Part shown: positions 1-12,475 of the stretch, piece after piece
How the letters are laid out: each line of letters begins with the position of its first letter
Numbering within the stretch: position 1 is the first letter of the stretch
Assembly (NCBI GenBank): GCA_964106915.2
Contig: OZ066925.1
DNA: 64,000 nucleotides
Origin: Podarcis gaigeae
Lineage: Eukaryota
Direction: 5' to 3' (one strand)
Program-made: the position numbers and the translations under genes
Notes under the pieces: generated by a model
The model's input: only the letters and a program-made list of their open reading frames with translations
What the model was told of the DNA's origin: nothing
Databases searched by the model: none

Positions 1-1139
1 GTAGCACCCTTCACACATGCTCCCTGAAGCACAAGAGCCAGCTGGCACTCTACTTTCTGAAAAAGATCTTGCAGTTACCACATTGTCAGCTCACTCTCAT
101 GTGCCCTTTCACAGTGTGGGATGTGTTGCATGGATTCTGAAAACCCAGATTTTTGCAGCAACAATGGTAGCCTGCCCCTGAGAAGGAGGTTCCATTTCAG
201 CCTGGAGAGGCAAAAAATAACTTCTGTTATGGAATTCAGGTAGGGCATAAGGCAGGACAGGTAACCCTTCCTTATACCAATTCACCTTCTCTTCTGACTG
301 TCCTTTGGAAATGGCCTTTCTTTTCCCCTGCTATGTCAGGACAGTTACAGGGAGAAATGACAGAACTCTCCATTCCACCCTCAGAGGTCTGAGCAAGACT
401 AGCAGTAGACCTCTCTTTTTCTTCATGCTCAAATCTCAATTTCCATTATCTCCCTTTCTCCGTTGCTTCCCAAAGCTTTGTCCATCACATTCCCAGAGCC
501 TTTTCTTTCTCTCTCTCTTCTATGATCACAAGCCACTTCAAGCCTTTCTCCTGGATGTGGAGTCTATTTCTCTCTCTTCCGCCCTCTAGTCCTGTTAAGA
601 ATGCATAGGCTAACTGCATTGGATCAGCTGCCTGCTCCCTTCCCTACTGCAATGACCCAGACATCTCCCACAATGTGTATGCCAAATTGTGTATTTTTTC
701 GAAGTTCACCTTGCCACACACAATTTCTTTCCCTTAAGGTGGCTGTTTTGGAATTAATTTATCTTCATTGCTTTGGACAGACTGTTCCCCTTCTCCGAGT
801 CCATTCCACCTCACTGTAGTTGCTATATGTGGTTTTGGGGTTTTTTTTTTACAACTGGCAGCCTGATTTATTGTTTTTTACTCTTCAAATGCCTGCTGTT
901 AATGCACTGTTTATGAAACTCTGTGTCAATTAAGCACCTAGCATCTTTTAATTAATATTCCAGTTCTATTTTTTAATGTAATAACATTACTAAAGATTTA
1001 TTTCTGTCCTTGAGTGCATTAACCTTTTATGTGTGAAAACTGGAATGTGCTGAAGACTCAGTGTCAAAAGACCCTAACATAGGTGTTGGGGTACATGTGA
1101 GAAATGCAGGCTTCTATGTAAAACTAATATTTCATAACA

Positions 1140-1580
1140 GAGACTCTGCAATGCATGGAAGAGACTCCCACCCAGTTGGAAGTATTTGTGAATAGGGGCC
1201 TTGTATGTGCTCAGGACCACAATACCTCAAGGACTGCCTCTCCCAATATGGACTGACCAGGACCCCGTGATACCACCACAAAGAGAGGCCCACCTCCATG
1301 GGAGGTTGCAGGGTGGCAACACAAGAACGGGCCTATTCTGGGGTGGCTTCCCCTTTGTGGAATGGTCTTCCCAGGGAGGCTCACCTGGTGCCTTCATTTC
1401 TGACCTTCAGGTGCCAGGCAAAACCTTTCCTCTATAGCCAGGTTTTTGGCCTTTAACTATCTGTGACCTTTTAGAATTGAGTGGGATGTTTTTAATGTAT
1501 TTCTTTTTCCCTCTTGGTTTTAACATCTCTGTGTGGGATTTTTCTTTATAAATAATAAATAAATAAATATTATTATTATT
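1140..1580 (+). mobile_element. L2-type LINE 3' remnant
   Basis: Degenerate L2 3' motifs (ggaccacaatacctcaaggactgcctctccc...tgtggaatggtcttcccagggagg...aaaacctttcctctat) ending in an (AAAT)n tail; boundaries approximate. Confidence 0.6.
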
Positions 1581-1698
1581 TCATTAATAACAGTCCAATG
1601 AAGGCCACATTAATAGAATACCAAAGTATACCAAAGCATAATACAATAAAAAAGCCAATTAACCAGTTCTGAATTCAATGTTTTTGGATGACTTCCCG

Positions 1699-3003
1699 TG
1701 TTATGGCTATCAGGAGTTGATGTTATTCCTTGGTCCTGCTCCAATTCTCTTAAATAGTCCAAACACCACAATTCCTTTTTTTTAAATAAAATATTTATTA
1801 GAGTAAAACTCAAACACCACAATTCCAATCTTAAACCTTTATTTTAACAGCCATTGGTGTGATGACTTTCGCTCATATTTAATAAATCCATATGCATTAA
1901 CTTGCAGGGGGAATTTATATCCTGTAGTTTTCTGTGTGAAATATTTGTTTACCTTCTTCTTTTCCTTCGTGTTGTAATCAATCAATTCTCTTCAACATTT
2001 GAGAACTCATTTCTTAGTACTGTACACCATAACTTCGCCATTTTGCCTCTCCAAAACTGAAAGCACTCCAGCGTCCGACCACAACTCCTGGCTTACTTCC
2101 AGCATTTGTTTCCTTTGATCCTTTCCAACCTTCTAATGAGCTGGTGTCTTGTCAAAACCATAATAAATCAGAATTAGAGCTCTCTTTAGTAGGAAATGTC
2201 ACAAGTTATCATAGTATTTCACACAGTCTATTCTTTCCGTAAAGAAAATTATAAGTTCTTGTTGATTCCCTCTTGCATTCCATATATATCCATTCAGTGA
2301 AGGCTTGCCAAATCATAGCACAGCAAATACAATGTAAATATAATGTAAAAAGAGAACAAAGGCTCCCCTTCACTTACGTGGCATTCCAATTACAATGACG
2401 AGAGTCCTCTCCAGATCAAAATCTTGGCACTCAGTGGCTGATTCATTTAGCAGGTTATCTTTCTCCTTCATCCAGTACACGTCTGTTTCTTAAGTCCAAA
2501 TTCTGATCCTTCTGAAAAGAAACAGAAGTACCTCTGCTCATGGTGACCACATTGGGGAGATTCCAATATGTACAGTGCTATGCACTCTGCGTCCCTGCCC
2601 CTGCATTCCACTGGAGTGAGAGGCAGTTATTGGACGATCTGCAAGTGAAAGCTCCCCCCCCCCGACCCTGATGGGGGCTAGCAAGGATAATTACTCCCAG
2701 ATTATCCTTAATTAACTGTACGGCGGGCATCCGCTACCATGAGATCCTCTGTTTGCCATGGCAGCAACACCGGAAGTCTGTAGCCAATGGGAAGCCACGC
2801 CCTGGCTTCCGAACGTTTTGGAAGTTGAATGGACTTCCAGAACAGATTCTCTTTGACTTCTGAGTTATCACTGTATATGAACTCCACATTCCCTTGAATA
2901 TCAGCTTCATAGATCCTTTCCTTTATCTGCTTCTCAGTTGTTTTAAAATGTGCAGTGCTCAGCATTTTTGGAATCCATTGCTTCCTTTGAAATTCCTCAT
3001 ACA
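1699..3003 (-). mobile_element. Unclassified repeat, possibly a long solo LTR
   Basis: Minus strand reads TGTA...AACA, with a CpG-containing promoter-like cluster at ~2740-2810 (GGGCGTGG, ATTGG, ACTTCCGG) and AATAAA near the 3' end; no convincing TSD. Confidence 0.3.
1776..1810 (-). mobile_element. 35-bp poly(A)-tailed retroposed fragment with 16-bp TSD
   Basis: caaacaccacaattcc at 1760-1775 and 1811-1826 brackets an insert reading ...AATAAA...A8 on the minus strand. Confidence 0.7.
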
Positions 3004-4247
3004 TTTCACTTAAGCAGTAACATCTCTATTTTCCTTGGAATTATGCTCTTAAACAAAATTTGATAGCAACTAATTTGTGTGTTTTAGCAGTAAGTGCTAT
3101 TCATGTCTAACTCAGCTCTGAGGAAAAGTCCAATTTAGGCAGGAAGATACAGTTCCTTACTTTCAGGTTTGCTACAGCACTGAGTTCTAGAAACCCCTTC
3201 CTTTTGATCTCCCAAATGTTGTGGGCGGCCATCCACCATCATGCAGCTGTCCGCATTCCCAATGCACTCCACACATCCATAGAAAAGGGCCCCAGATCAC
3301 ATGCAAAACTGGGTTTCTTGTGTGCCTGAAACTGAGCTAATGTCCATGCATAATAGAAATGCAGTGCAAACAAGATCTGCTTCAAGTGACATCCTGGCAT
3401 CCTTCACTCACCAGCTGGCTAAATATATAATTCAATGTTGAGATAATGTAGAAGTAAAAAAATGCTACTGTAATCCTTGAGACAGTGGGTTGAAACTAAC
3501 AAAATCTGTCTTTGCTTAATCCTTGTTAACTATAGCAGTCCTGGCTATGTTTGTGGTATTACAAACACAAATAGCCAGCGATATGGGATGTACCACTCTG
3601 TGGTTTTCCTTGTTCCTTTGGAGGGCACATGACCATTATAACCATGTCAGAAGTCTCAGTTGTGAGAGGTTTCCACTTCTGATTGGTACCCTCCATGTAT
3701 GAGAGTGCTAACTGTATGGGCAAGATCCATGTATTATTATAGTATCATCATCATCATCATCACATATGTATTTAGACTGCCTTTTTTCCCTTGATGACGC
3801 TCAAGGTGGCATACAGATAAAAATAAGAACCACTGAAAACATAGAAGAAACAATCACTGAAAAACAATTATACAGTGATAGAATTATATCTATATAGATA
3901 ACAATAGATATATAGTCTGTTAAAGCCTTACAAATATTTACAATAAAAACAGCTCGGCAGCACTCCTTTCATTAAAAGCAGTCAGTTCCCCAAAGCCTGT
4001 TGATTACCTCTACCCTTGCAGTTCCTTCCTTCACATCCACTTGTACTGGATCACACCATGGAGAAGTGGACCCCCCCCCCACACACACACATGAAGGATG
4101 TGGAAGAGTAGTTGGGATAAATTATGGAACCCCAGATAGAGCACAGAATGCAGGGTGTGATCTTGTTCCTATTATATTTCTGCTAGTTTTAATGCTACTA
4201 CAAGCAGCATTAGTACTAGCATTGCTTAGTTCCTAATTCTTCCTATC

Positions 4248-4326
4248 ACAGAATCATAGAATTGTAGAGTTGGAAGGGACCCTAAGGATCATCTAGTCCA
4301 CTTCCTGCAATGCAGAAATCTCAATC
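4248..4326 (-). mobile_element. CR1 LINE 3' end fragment
   Basis: agaatcatagaattgtagagttggaagggacc...atctagtcc is the reverse complement of the CR1 3' hairpin/octamer tail. Confidence 0.7.
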
Positions 4327-4745
4327 TTAAATTCCGTTCTCCACATTCCACATAAGTTGGCTTTTTAAAAATAAGTCCTCATAAAACTTTGCATTTCCTT
4401 TACAAATATTTTCCTCAATTTCTTATTTCTTTTTTTTTACCTTTAAAGGCCTAACCAGCTAAATGGCAGGGTGCCTCTTCCTCCCATACCAACCTGCCCA
4501 TGCATTAAGATTCCTAGAGGAGAATCTCCTCTGAGTTCCACCTGTAGGAGAGGCACACGATGAATCCATGAGCCCTAGCTTTGGAATAGCCTCTTGAAGG
4601 AAGTAAAATAAATAAACACTGTCACGTTTTTCTTCTGTCCTATTCACAAGCAGTCCTGGCATCCAAAATACGAATTGGGCTGTGTTGTGCGGGATTCTTT
4701 TATTACTAAAATAAGGAGATTCTTTGTTTTGCTAAAGTGATGAAT

Positions 4746-6052
4746 ATAGAATCATAGAATCATAGAGTTGGAAGAGACCACAAGGGCCATCGAGTCCAAC
4801 CCCCTGCCAAGCAGGAAACACCATCAGAGCACTCCTGACATATGGTTGTCAAGCCTCTGCTTAAAGGCCTCCAAAGAAGGAGACTCCACCACACTCCTTG
4901 TCAGCAAATTCCACTGTCGAACAGCTCTTACTGTCAGGAAGTTCTTCCTAATGTTTAGGTGGAATCTTCTCTCTTGTAGTTTGGATCCATTGCTCCGTGT
5001 CCACTTCTCTGGAGCAGCAGAAAACAACCTTTCTCCCTCCTCTATGTGACATCCTTTTATATATTTGAACATGGCTATCATATCACCCCTTAACCTCCTC
5101 TTCTCCAGGCTAAACATGCCCAGCTCCATTAGCCGTTCCTCATAAGGCATCGTTTCCAGGCCTTTGACCATTTTGGTTGCCCTCCTCTGGACATGTTCCA
5201 GTTTGTCAGTGTCCTTCTTGAACTGTGGTGCCCAGAACTGGACACAGTACTCCAGGTGAGGTCTGACCAGAGCAGAATACAGTGGCACTATTACTTCCCT
5301 TGATCTAGATGCTATAATCCTACTGATGCAGCCCAGAATTGCATTGGCTTTTTTAGCTGCCGCGTCACACTGTTGGCTCATGTCAAGTTTGTGGTCAACC
5401 AAGACTCCTAGATCCTTTTCACATGTACTGCTCTCAAGCCAGGTGTCACCCATCTTGTATTTGTGCCTCTCATTTTTTTTGCCCAAGTGCAATACTTTAC
5501 ATTTCTCCCCATTAAAATTCATCTTGTTTGTTTTGGCCCAGTTCTCTAATCTGTCAAGGTCGTTTTGAAGTGTGATCCTGTCCTCTGGGGTGTTAGCCAC
5601 CCCTCCCAGTTTGGTGTCATATGCAAATTTGATCAGGATGCCCTTGAGTCCATCATCCAAGTCGTTGATAAAGAAGTTGAATAAGACCGGGCCCAAGACA
5701 GAACCCTGTGGCACCCCACTAGTCACTCTTCTCCAGGATGAAGAGGAACCATTGATGAGCACCCTTTGGGTTCGTTCAGTCAGCCAGTTACAAATCCACT
5801 GAGTGGTAGCATAGTCAAGACCACATTTTACCAGCTTCTTTACAAGAATATCATGGGGCACCTCGTCAAATGCCTTGCTGAAATCAAGGTAGGCTACATC
5901 CACTGCATTTCCTTCATCTACCAGGGTTGTAATTCTGTCAAAAAATGAGATCAGGTTAGTCTGACGTGACTTATTTTTCAGAAATCCATGCTGACTCTTT
6001 GTGATCACAGCATTCCTTTCTAGGTGCTCACAGACTGTTTGCTTAATATGTT
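4746..6052 (-). mobile_element. 5'-truncated CR1 LINE with open RT-domain ORF2 (ORF 4824-6119); catalytic FADD changed to FAYD
   Basis: Translation contains [60 protein letters not shown]; (ATTCTATG)n tail at 4746-4765. Confidence 0.95.
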
Positions 6053-7839
6053 GAAGTGTGTTGGGTTCTATCGGGCACCAGGGATTGCATGGTCTGAGTG
6101 TGTGAAAAGGAGAAGGCATCTTGGGGTGGGGTGGGGATTACTGTTCAAGTATAGCAATTTTCATGAATGGTGGCACAGGGTCACTGTTGGACAAGATAAA
6201 GGCAAATAATCTGAAATCCTATCCTTTGTCATGCCTTCCATACTGAAAGTTTAGATTTGGAATCTCTTCTACACAACTAACTCTCCAAAGATGCCCTTAT
6301 TTTAATGAAGCTGCAATAGGTTAAATAGGTTTGAAATACATAATGACAAATTTTGCAAACAAAAAATGGGATTTACTCCTGAGTTGACATGGTTAGGATT
6401 GCAGTCATAGATTGCAAACCCAGAAAGGTCAATCCCTTCTAAAGTCAATAGATTATAATTAATTTGAGTGGTAGTAAGCTAAGTAAAATTCTTCCAGAGG
6501 TTACAAGACAAACTAATACAGGTTGGAGATCTTTAACACATGAGAATAGGTGGAATTAATGCAGATTGATTGAAGTGCACACACTCAATATTGGTTATTA
6601 TTCATATATTCAGATTCCCATTACATTAGAGAACATCTGTTGACTAAGAAAGACCTACAATGAAATATGAAAATAAAGGAAAGCAATTAGTGAGTTGCAT
6701 CAGAGGTCATAGTGACATGATATTCTAATGGAATAAATTGGCACTATTTACCTAAGTATTTTAGCCTCTACTAGCAACTGATTACTAATGAACCAATATA
6801 GGTTAGCATCAATTTTCAAAGAAGCAGAGATGAGATACTGTTTTTAAAAAATCCAAGACCTATGATGATTTCAAGTGTTTCAATAAATCCAATGTGCTTC
6901 TTGGATAAGCTTCTAATCCCAAGTACTGAGCATACAAATTTACATTTGTTTCTTCTCTTTTTGAGACTTCTAGGATGTCATTACAGTAATTTTCAGAAGA
7001 GGCATTGAAGTTGGTTTTTACATATTCTTCCATCTGTTATTCAATTAGAAAGCTCAGAGTAGCTTAGATTGGAACCCATTCAGGCACCGATCAGGTCTAC
7101 ACCCATGTCACAGCACCGGGTACTCTCAGGCTACAGATTTGTAAATGTGTTACAAGCCATTTTGACATTTATTTACTCTTTTGTCAGGCATTTCCCATGC
7201 CACTGCAATTGGTTTATTCCGTACAGGTCTTTTTTCCATTTTGTCACCCACTGATATAGAAATATACATATTTTATGTATATCATAGTGTGTGATAGGCA
7301 AATATTTCTCAGCCATCAACAGATATTTACAAATCAGTTATCTTCCCTGAATGTTCTGTTTCAAAGTTAATGAATCTCCAGAGGGTTATCCCTGTTGTCT
7401 TTTGCAACAAATACTAAAAAGAGTCTTGTTGCACCTGAAAGTCAGAGTCACTGAAGTGTTTGATGGACTATTACAAAGCTGTCTAGAAGTAGGATCTCTT
7501 ACTGCAACTCAGAAGTAAGAGAACTGAGTAAAAAAGTATTGAGAGAAAAAGTCTGTGATGCAATTGTGTGTGTGTGTGTCAAAATGGCAGATGAATGGAA
7601 TATGTTTGACAGACCAGTTTTTTTATGGAGTCTTCCAATATTCCTGTCTCAGACCAAACATTTTTATCCTTTCTGCATTTGATCCAATGCCAATTAACAT
7701 TTGTGCATGGACAATGTAAATAGATTTTCACTCTGAGAAATATCAGGTTATTGTTGTTGTTGTTGTCACACACAGCCTTTTCCCCGACAAAACGCAACGT
7801 GGCTTACAGATAAAAACAAGAATTGCTTAAAAACATATT

Positions 7840-7873
<34 letters not shown>
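7840..7873. repeat. (TAC)n microsatellite among L2-like tail remnants
   Basis: Direct reading. Confidence 0.85.
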
Positions 7874-7874
<1 letters not shown>

Positions 7875-8410
7875 ATATTATTGTGGTTACAATTTATATC
7901 CTGCCTTTCTGTTTTAATACAGGCAATTCCAAATATCTTAAGACAAAATGCAAAAATAAAGCAATAGTAAAAATATCAAGCAATTGAACAGACAAACCCA
8001 GCAGGTAAATAAGCATTACAGTAATTCTAGGAAGCCTAAAAACTTTACCAATAAATTCAAGGAACTAAAAAACAAAAACCCTAACAACTTGACTTGTCAT
8101 ATGCTCACTGGAATCAAATATGGCAAAGGACATTCAGGGAGGGGACAAGCTGGACCTTCCTTGGCCTTGGAGTTCCACAGTCTTTTCAAAGCCACAGAGG
8201 AGGCCCTCTCTAGTGTTCTAGGCAAAGATATAGCAATATTCATGAAGTTTCATAAGCAAAGCAACTGCCCCCCCACGCTGCAGACTTAGACGTATCTTAA
8301 TTTCAGTGTGAGCACATAGTGGATTTCAAGTGCAGTTACATGCATTTAGCCTTGGGGACCCTCCAAAGTTGTGCTTTGTGGGAGAGGGGTTGGTTGGGGT
8401 GTATTCAATG

Positions 8411-8900
8411 TCAAACAAAAATTGATTATCTCTTTCTACTGGCCCACAATAGAAAGTGTCTTTTCATACTGTATTACAGCATGGTATGCTGGTTTGATAG
8501 CCACAGACAGGAAGTCCCTACAGAGGGTGGTGAACACAGAACATTATATCATGGGCTGTTCCCTGAGTTTGCTAGATGATATCGCGGTAGACTGCTGCCT
8601 CAGGAGAGCAAGGGAAATCCCCAGGGATGACTCACACCCCAGCCAGCACCTCTTTAATCCCCTACCTTTGGGCAGGAGATACAGAGGTATAGTCAGCCGC
8701 ACCAACAGGTTAAAGAACAGTTTTTATCTGTGGGCTGTTGGGCTGCTGAATGGAAAAAAATAGTGGTGCAATTAACTTCCAACAAGCACACAGAGTGTGA
8801 ACAAGACTAATTGGGGGGGAGGGGGCTCGTTTAATTTCACTTTATACAGGTGGTGTAGTGACAATAAAGGTTTATTATTTATTTATTATTTTATTATTAT
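8411..8900 (+). mobile_element. Rex1/Babar non-LTR retrotransposon 3' fragment
   Basis: ORF 8371-8763: FYWPTIESVFSYCITAWY...DRKSLQRVV...DDSHPSQHLFNPLPLGRRYR...TNRLKNSFY matches the Rex1/Babar C-terminus; followed by gtgacaataaag and an AT-rich tail. Confidence 0.85.
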
Positions 8901-11296
8901 TCTGCAATATGTCACTGATGCAACAATAGTGCATTGTTGGTGGATTTATTCTAGAATCTAGACCACCTAGACATCATTTCACCCTATGAGATGCTTCCCC
9001 ATCATTATCACATTATTGTCACCTGGAGGGGCACTCTTGCGCTATAGCACAACAACAGTACCCAGAACATTTGTGGCATGAGAAGTTACATGATTTTAGC
9101 AAGAAACTTTGGGACATGCGCTAATTGCAGGCCCAAATGGTATTAACAGTGTGTTCGTGTCTCAATAGCATTATGAGCCAGGACATCTGTAGGGGCCCCT
9201 CTTTACAGCTGAACTGAAAGTTTATGCCAAAGGCTTCATGGGAAAGATAGGCTTTAGAGAGTACCGTATATTGAGGAAAAGAGAGTTGTTTGGAACTTTG
9301 CCTGAGTCAAAGGTCAAGGCATGCCAAGCAGCAAGAGAAGAGTTCCTACACCTCCCCGCCACAAGTTTTATATAAAGTTCCATTGCATTAAAAATTATTT
9401 TTTTAGAAAGTATACAGTGACTTCACTTTAATAACAGAAGCAGTCCTGAGGGCCTTCAGCAAGCAAGCAACTGCATTTTAACCTTAAGTTGTCCTTTATA
9501 AAATGAAACAACAATGGCTGAGCTGAAGGTATCCTTGGGGAGTAGATGCAGTTAATGAATTCATTGTCTTTTCTGCATTGAACATGCTAACAACTATCAT
9601 TAAAAATATTGAGGTCAATAGGGAATAAAAAATAAATATTTTGTAATGATTCAGATAAATAAGGTTGTGTTGTATTATTTGAATATGAAAAGCAAGTTGC
9701 TTTTCTGTGCTTCTTCATTTAGTATAGGTAGACTTCACCCTTTAGTCATTAATTTCCACTTGAGTAACAATGTGTGAGGAGAGCCTATGCATTTTTGGCA
9801 GGTGCCTCCAGTACACAGGCAGCATGTGACTGGGACCAACAGTCTGATAACTGAAGGGCACTTAACACTCACTGAGTTCTAGAACATATTTGCAACATTA
9901 CCACGTGTGCAGATTTTTTTTTTAAAAAAATTCACTACTGAAAAGTAGTCTACTTGAAGTAGTCTACAAAAAGCTCGAGCATCTCTGTGAATCAGAGTAC
10001 TTTAATTATAGGTTTTTAAAATAGCGTCATGCCAAAATGCACAAAACAGCAGGACAGAGAAAGACATTGCTGTATAAACCTGTCTCAATAGATGCTGATA
10101 GGTCATGATTGAACACTGTGAAAATGAACACTGAAGCTGCTTGAGTCAGGGTCATCCTCTTGACTGGAACACTGAAAATGAGCAAGTCTGGATCCATGCT
10201 GTCAACCCTTTTCAGGGATATGACAATGCAAGGAGATTATGGTTCTTTCCTGTAAAGGTACTTTCTCTGTCTTTTTTAACTATAGTGGGCAAGCAAAAAA
10301 TGACAGTCTATATAAACAGTTCATGTGTTTAGGCCTTGGGGGAAAACAACAATTTCCTTAGGGATGTACAAAAGCATGTCTCTCTTGGGGTGGAAAAGTG
10401 ATTCATTTTTCCTGAGCAGACTCCCAGAACAAACCACCCCTTTCTCTTCAAAGATAATTTTTATAAGTGACTCATTCTTCAGAATTTGCTTACTAGCAAA
10501 ATGATGGGCAGGGGTTTGTAGAAGGAGGGTCTTTATATTGCACAGGTCGCTGTGGAGAACTCAGTGCACACAATCCACAGCCATTTGCAGTATACCCAGG
10601 TTGGGGATTGGACTGCTGAGGAACAGGCCTTGCCATCACTTCAGCAGTGGCCCCAGTCCTGTGGTTTATTCTCCATCATAAGAACATTCAGGGACACCAC
10701 TGCTTTCTGCGAGTGCTGCCTCCTGTGTATGCAGTGAGCAGCAGATTTCCCTCCTTCTCAATCCTGTCTCAGGATGCAGCTCATTTATGACAGCCCGATG
10801 AGGTAGGCTAGCCTGAGGACTGGTGCTTCAGACACCAAAGTTCAGAAACTGCACATGCTGGTATTTTTTGCTTCTTATTTATCAGCATTAGCAATCTTTT
10901 GGTTTGGCTTTTTTTCCCTTTTTTCCATGTAAACATAATGACAATGAAATATATAAGCAAGGAGCCTGCTTTTTTTTAGCTTTCATTACAAGATTTGTGA
11001 TAAATAAATAAATCATTACATAGGAACATGAGCCTGCTGGATCCGCTCTACGGCTCCCTAGTACAGCACTCTGTTCTCACCATGGCCTTCCAGATGCCCA
11101 TTAGAAGGCCATAAGCAGGACCTAAGCACAAGAACACACTCCTCTCCTGCAGTTTCAAACAACTGGTATCCAGAAGCATATAGCTTCTGAACATGGAGGC
11201 AGAGCATAACCCTCAATTGCCTTATCCTCCATGAATTTGTCCAATTCTCTTTTAAAGCTATCCACTGTGGCAGCCATTACTGCCTCTTGTGGGAGT

Positions 11297-11714
11297 TACA
11301 GATAGGTAGCCGTGTTGGTCTGCCATAGTCAAAACAAAATTTTTTTTCCTTCCAGTAGCACCTTAAAGACCAACTAAGTTAGTTCTTGGTATGAGCTTTC
11401 GTGTGCATGCACACTTCTTCAGATACACTGAAACAGAAGTTTCCAGACCCTTCTATATAGTGAGAAGGTGGGGAGGGGTATTACTCAGAAGGGTGGTGGG
11501 AATGGGTGATTGGCAGATAGCTGTGATGAGCCTGTTGACGACTCTTAACGACTGCAATAGGTCTTACAGGAAAAAGCAAGGGGTGAGAAGGTGAAAAATG
11601 GCTTTGTCATGTATAATGAGATAAGAATCCAAGGTCTTTGTTCAGACCAGGTGTCTCCATGGTTTTCAGTTTGGTGATAAGTTGCAGTTCAGCAGCTTCT
11701 CTTTCCAGTCTATT
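11297..11714 (-). mobile_element. Penelope-like element (PLE) 3' fragment with 12-bp TSD
   Basis: TSD tcttgtgggagt at 11285-11296 and 11715-11726; minus strand 11714-11607 encodes NRLEREAAELQLITKLKTMETPGLNKDLGFLSHYT*, the end of a PLE GIY-YIG endonuclease; pLTR-type tail (gtgctactggaagg...agaccaacacggctacc). Confidence 0.85.
11389..11426 (-). ncRNA. Minimal type I hammerhead ribozyme (PLE-associated)
   Basis: Minus strand GUAU-CUGAAGA-A-GUGUGC AU GCACAC-GAAA-GC-UC-AUAC: intact CUGANGA and GAAA core, stem I GUAU/AUAC, 6-bp stem II, palindromic AGCU stem III. Confidence 0.85.
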
Positions 11715-12249
11715 TCTTGTGGGAGTGTATTCCATATTTTAACTATGGGCTATGTCACATGTACTTGCACCTTGCTTTTCCACCCAGGAACTCAAGTCTA
11801 CATACTGTTTTCTCTCCTCTCGCCTTTTACATTTGCAACAGCCATGTTAGCTACGTTAATATATGTACATAAGCAGCAGTTCTTGTCAATAGATTGCAGG
11901 CAGGGGGTGTGGGATGCAAAGCGAAATCCTTTTGGCAGCCCTGATCACAGATAATGAGGCTCACTCCTAGCTGCATAACTTCACCCAATCTTCCATTTCT
12001 AGATCTTGCTTACATATGGCGGAAGCATTTGGAGCTGACATATCAAATTTAAATATTTTATATGCTCACTCCCAAAGTTTCCATCAAATTTTATATGCCA
12101 GCTGTCAAATTTCATACTCTGAGGTATGTGTCAGTTTCTATCCTTACACCTGAGCTTTGTCCTAGTTATTGTGTGAGCTAGTCTCCATTAGCTAAAGCTA
12201 GGCAACTTGCTCACCTGCTTTTAACATCCTGTATCCATTTCTCCCAGTA

Positions 12250-12475
12250 CAGTGGTACCTCGGGTTAAGAACTTAATTCGTTCTGGAGGTCCGTTCTTAA
12301 CCTGAAACTGTTCTTAACCTGAAGCACCACTTTAGCTAATGGGGCCTCCCACTGCTGCCGTGCCGCTGGAGCATGATTTCTGTTCTCATCCTGAAGCAAA
12401 GTTCTTAACCTGAAGCACTATTTCTGGGTTAGCGGAGTCTGTAACCTGAAGTGTATGTAACCTGAGGTACCACTG
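12250..12475 (+). mobile_element. Tc1/mariner (Tigger/pogo-like) MITE
   Basis: TIRs CAGTGGTACCTCGGGTTA / TAACCTGAGGTACCACTG; TA on both sides (12248-49, 12476-77); internal ttaacctgaa repeats. Confidence 0.9.

Larger units (their letters stand above)
11018..11760 (-). mobile_element. Older CR1/L3-type 3' fragment, interrupted by the Penelope-like insertion
   Basis: acataggaacatgagcctgctggatc...ttatcctccatgaatttgtccaattctcttttaaagc...tcttgtgggagt, continuing after the insert with ttccatattttaactatg. Confidence 0.6.

Noticed and set aside
4824-6119. Functional 431-aa reverse transcriptase gene
   Set aside because: 5'-truncated CR1; the first ~22 codons come from flanking DNA and the catalytic motif is mutated.
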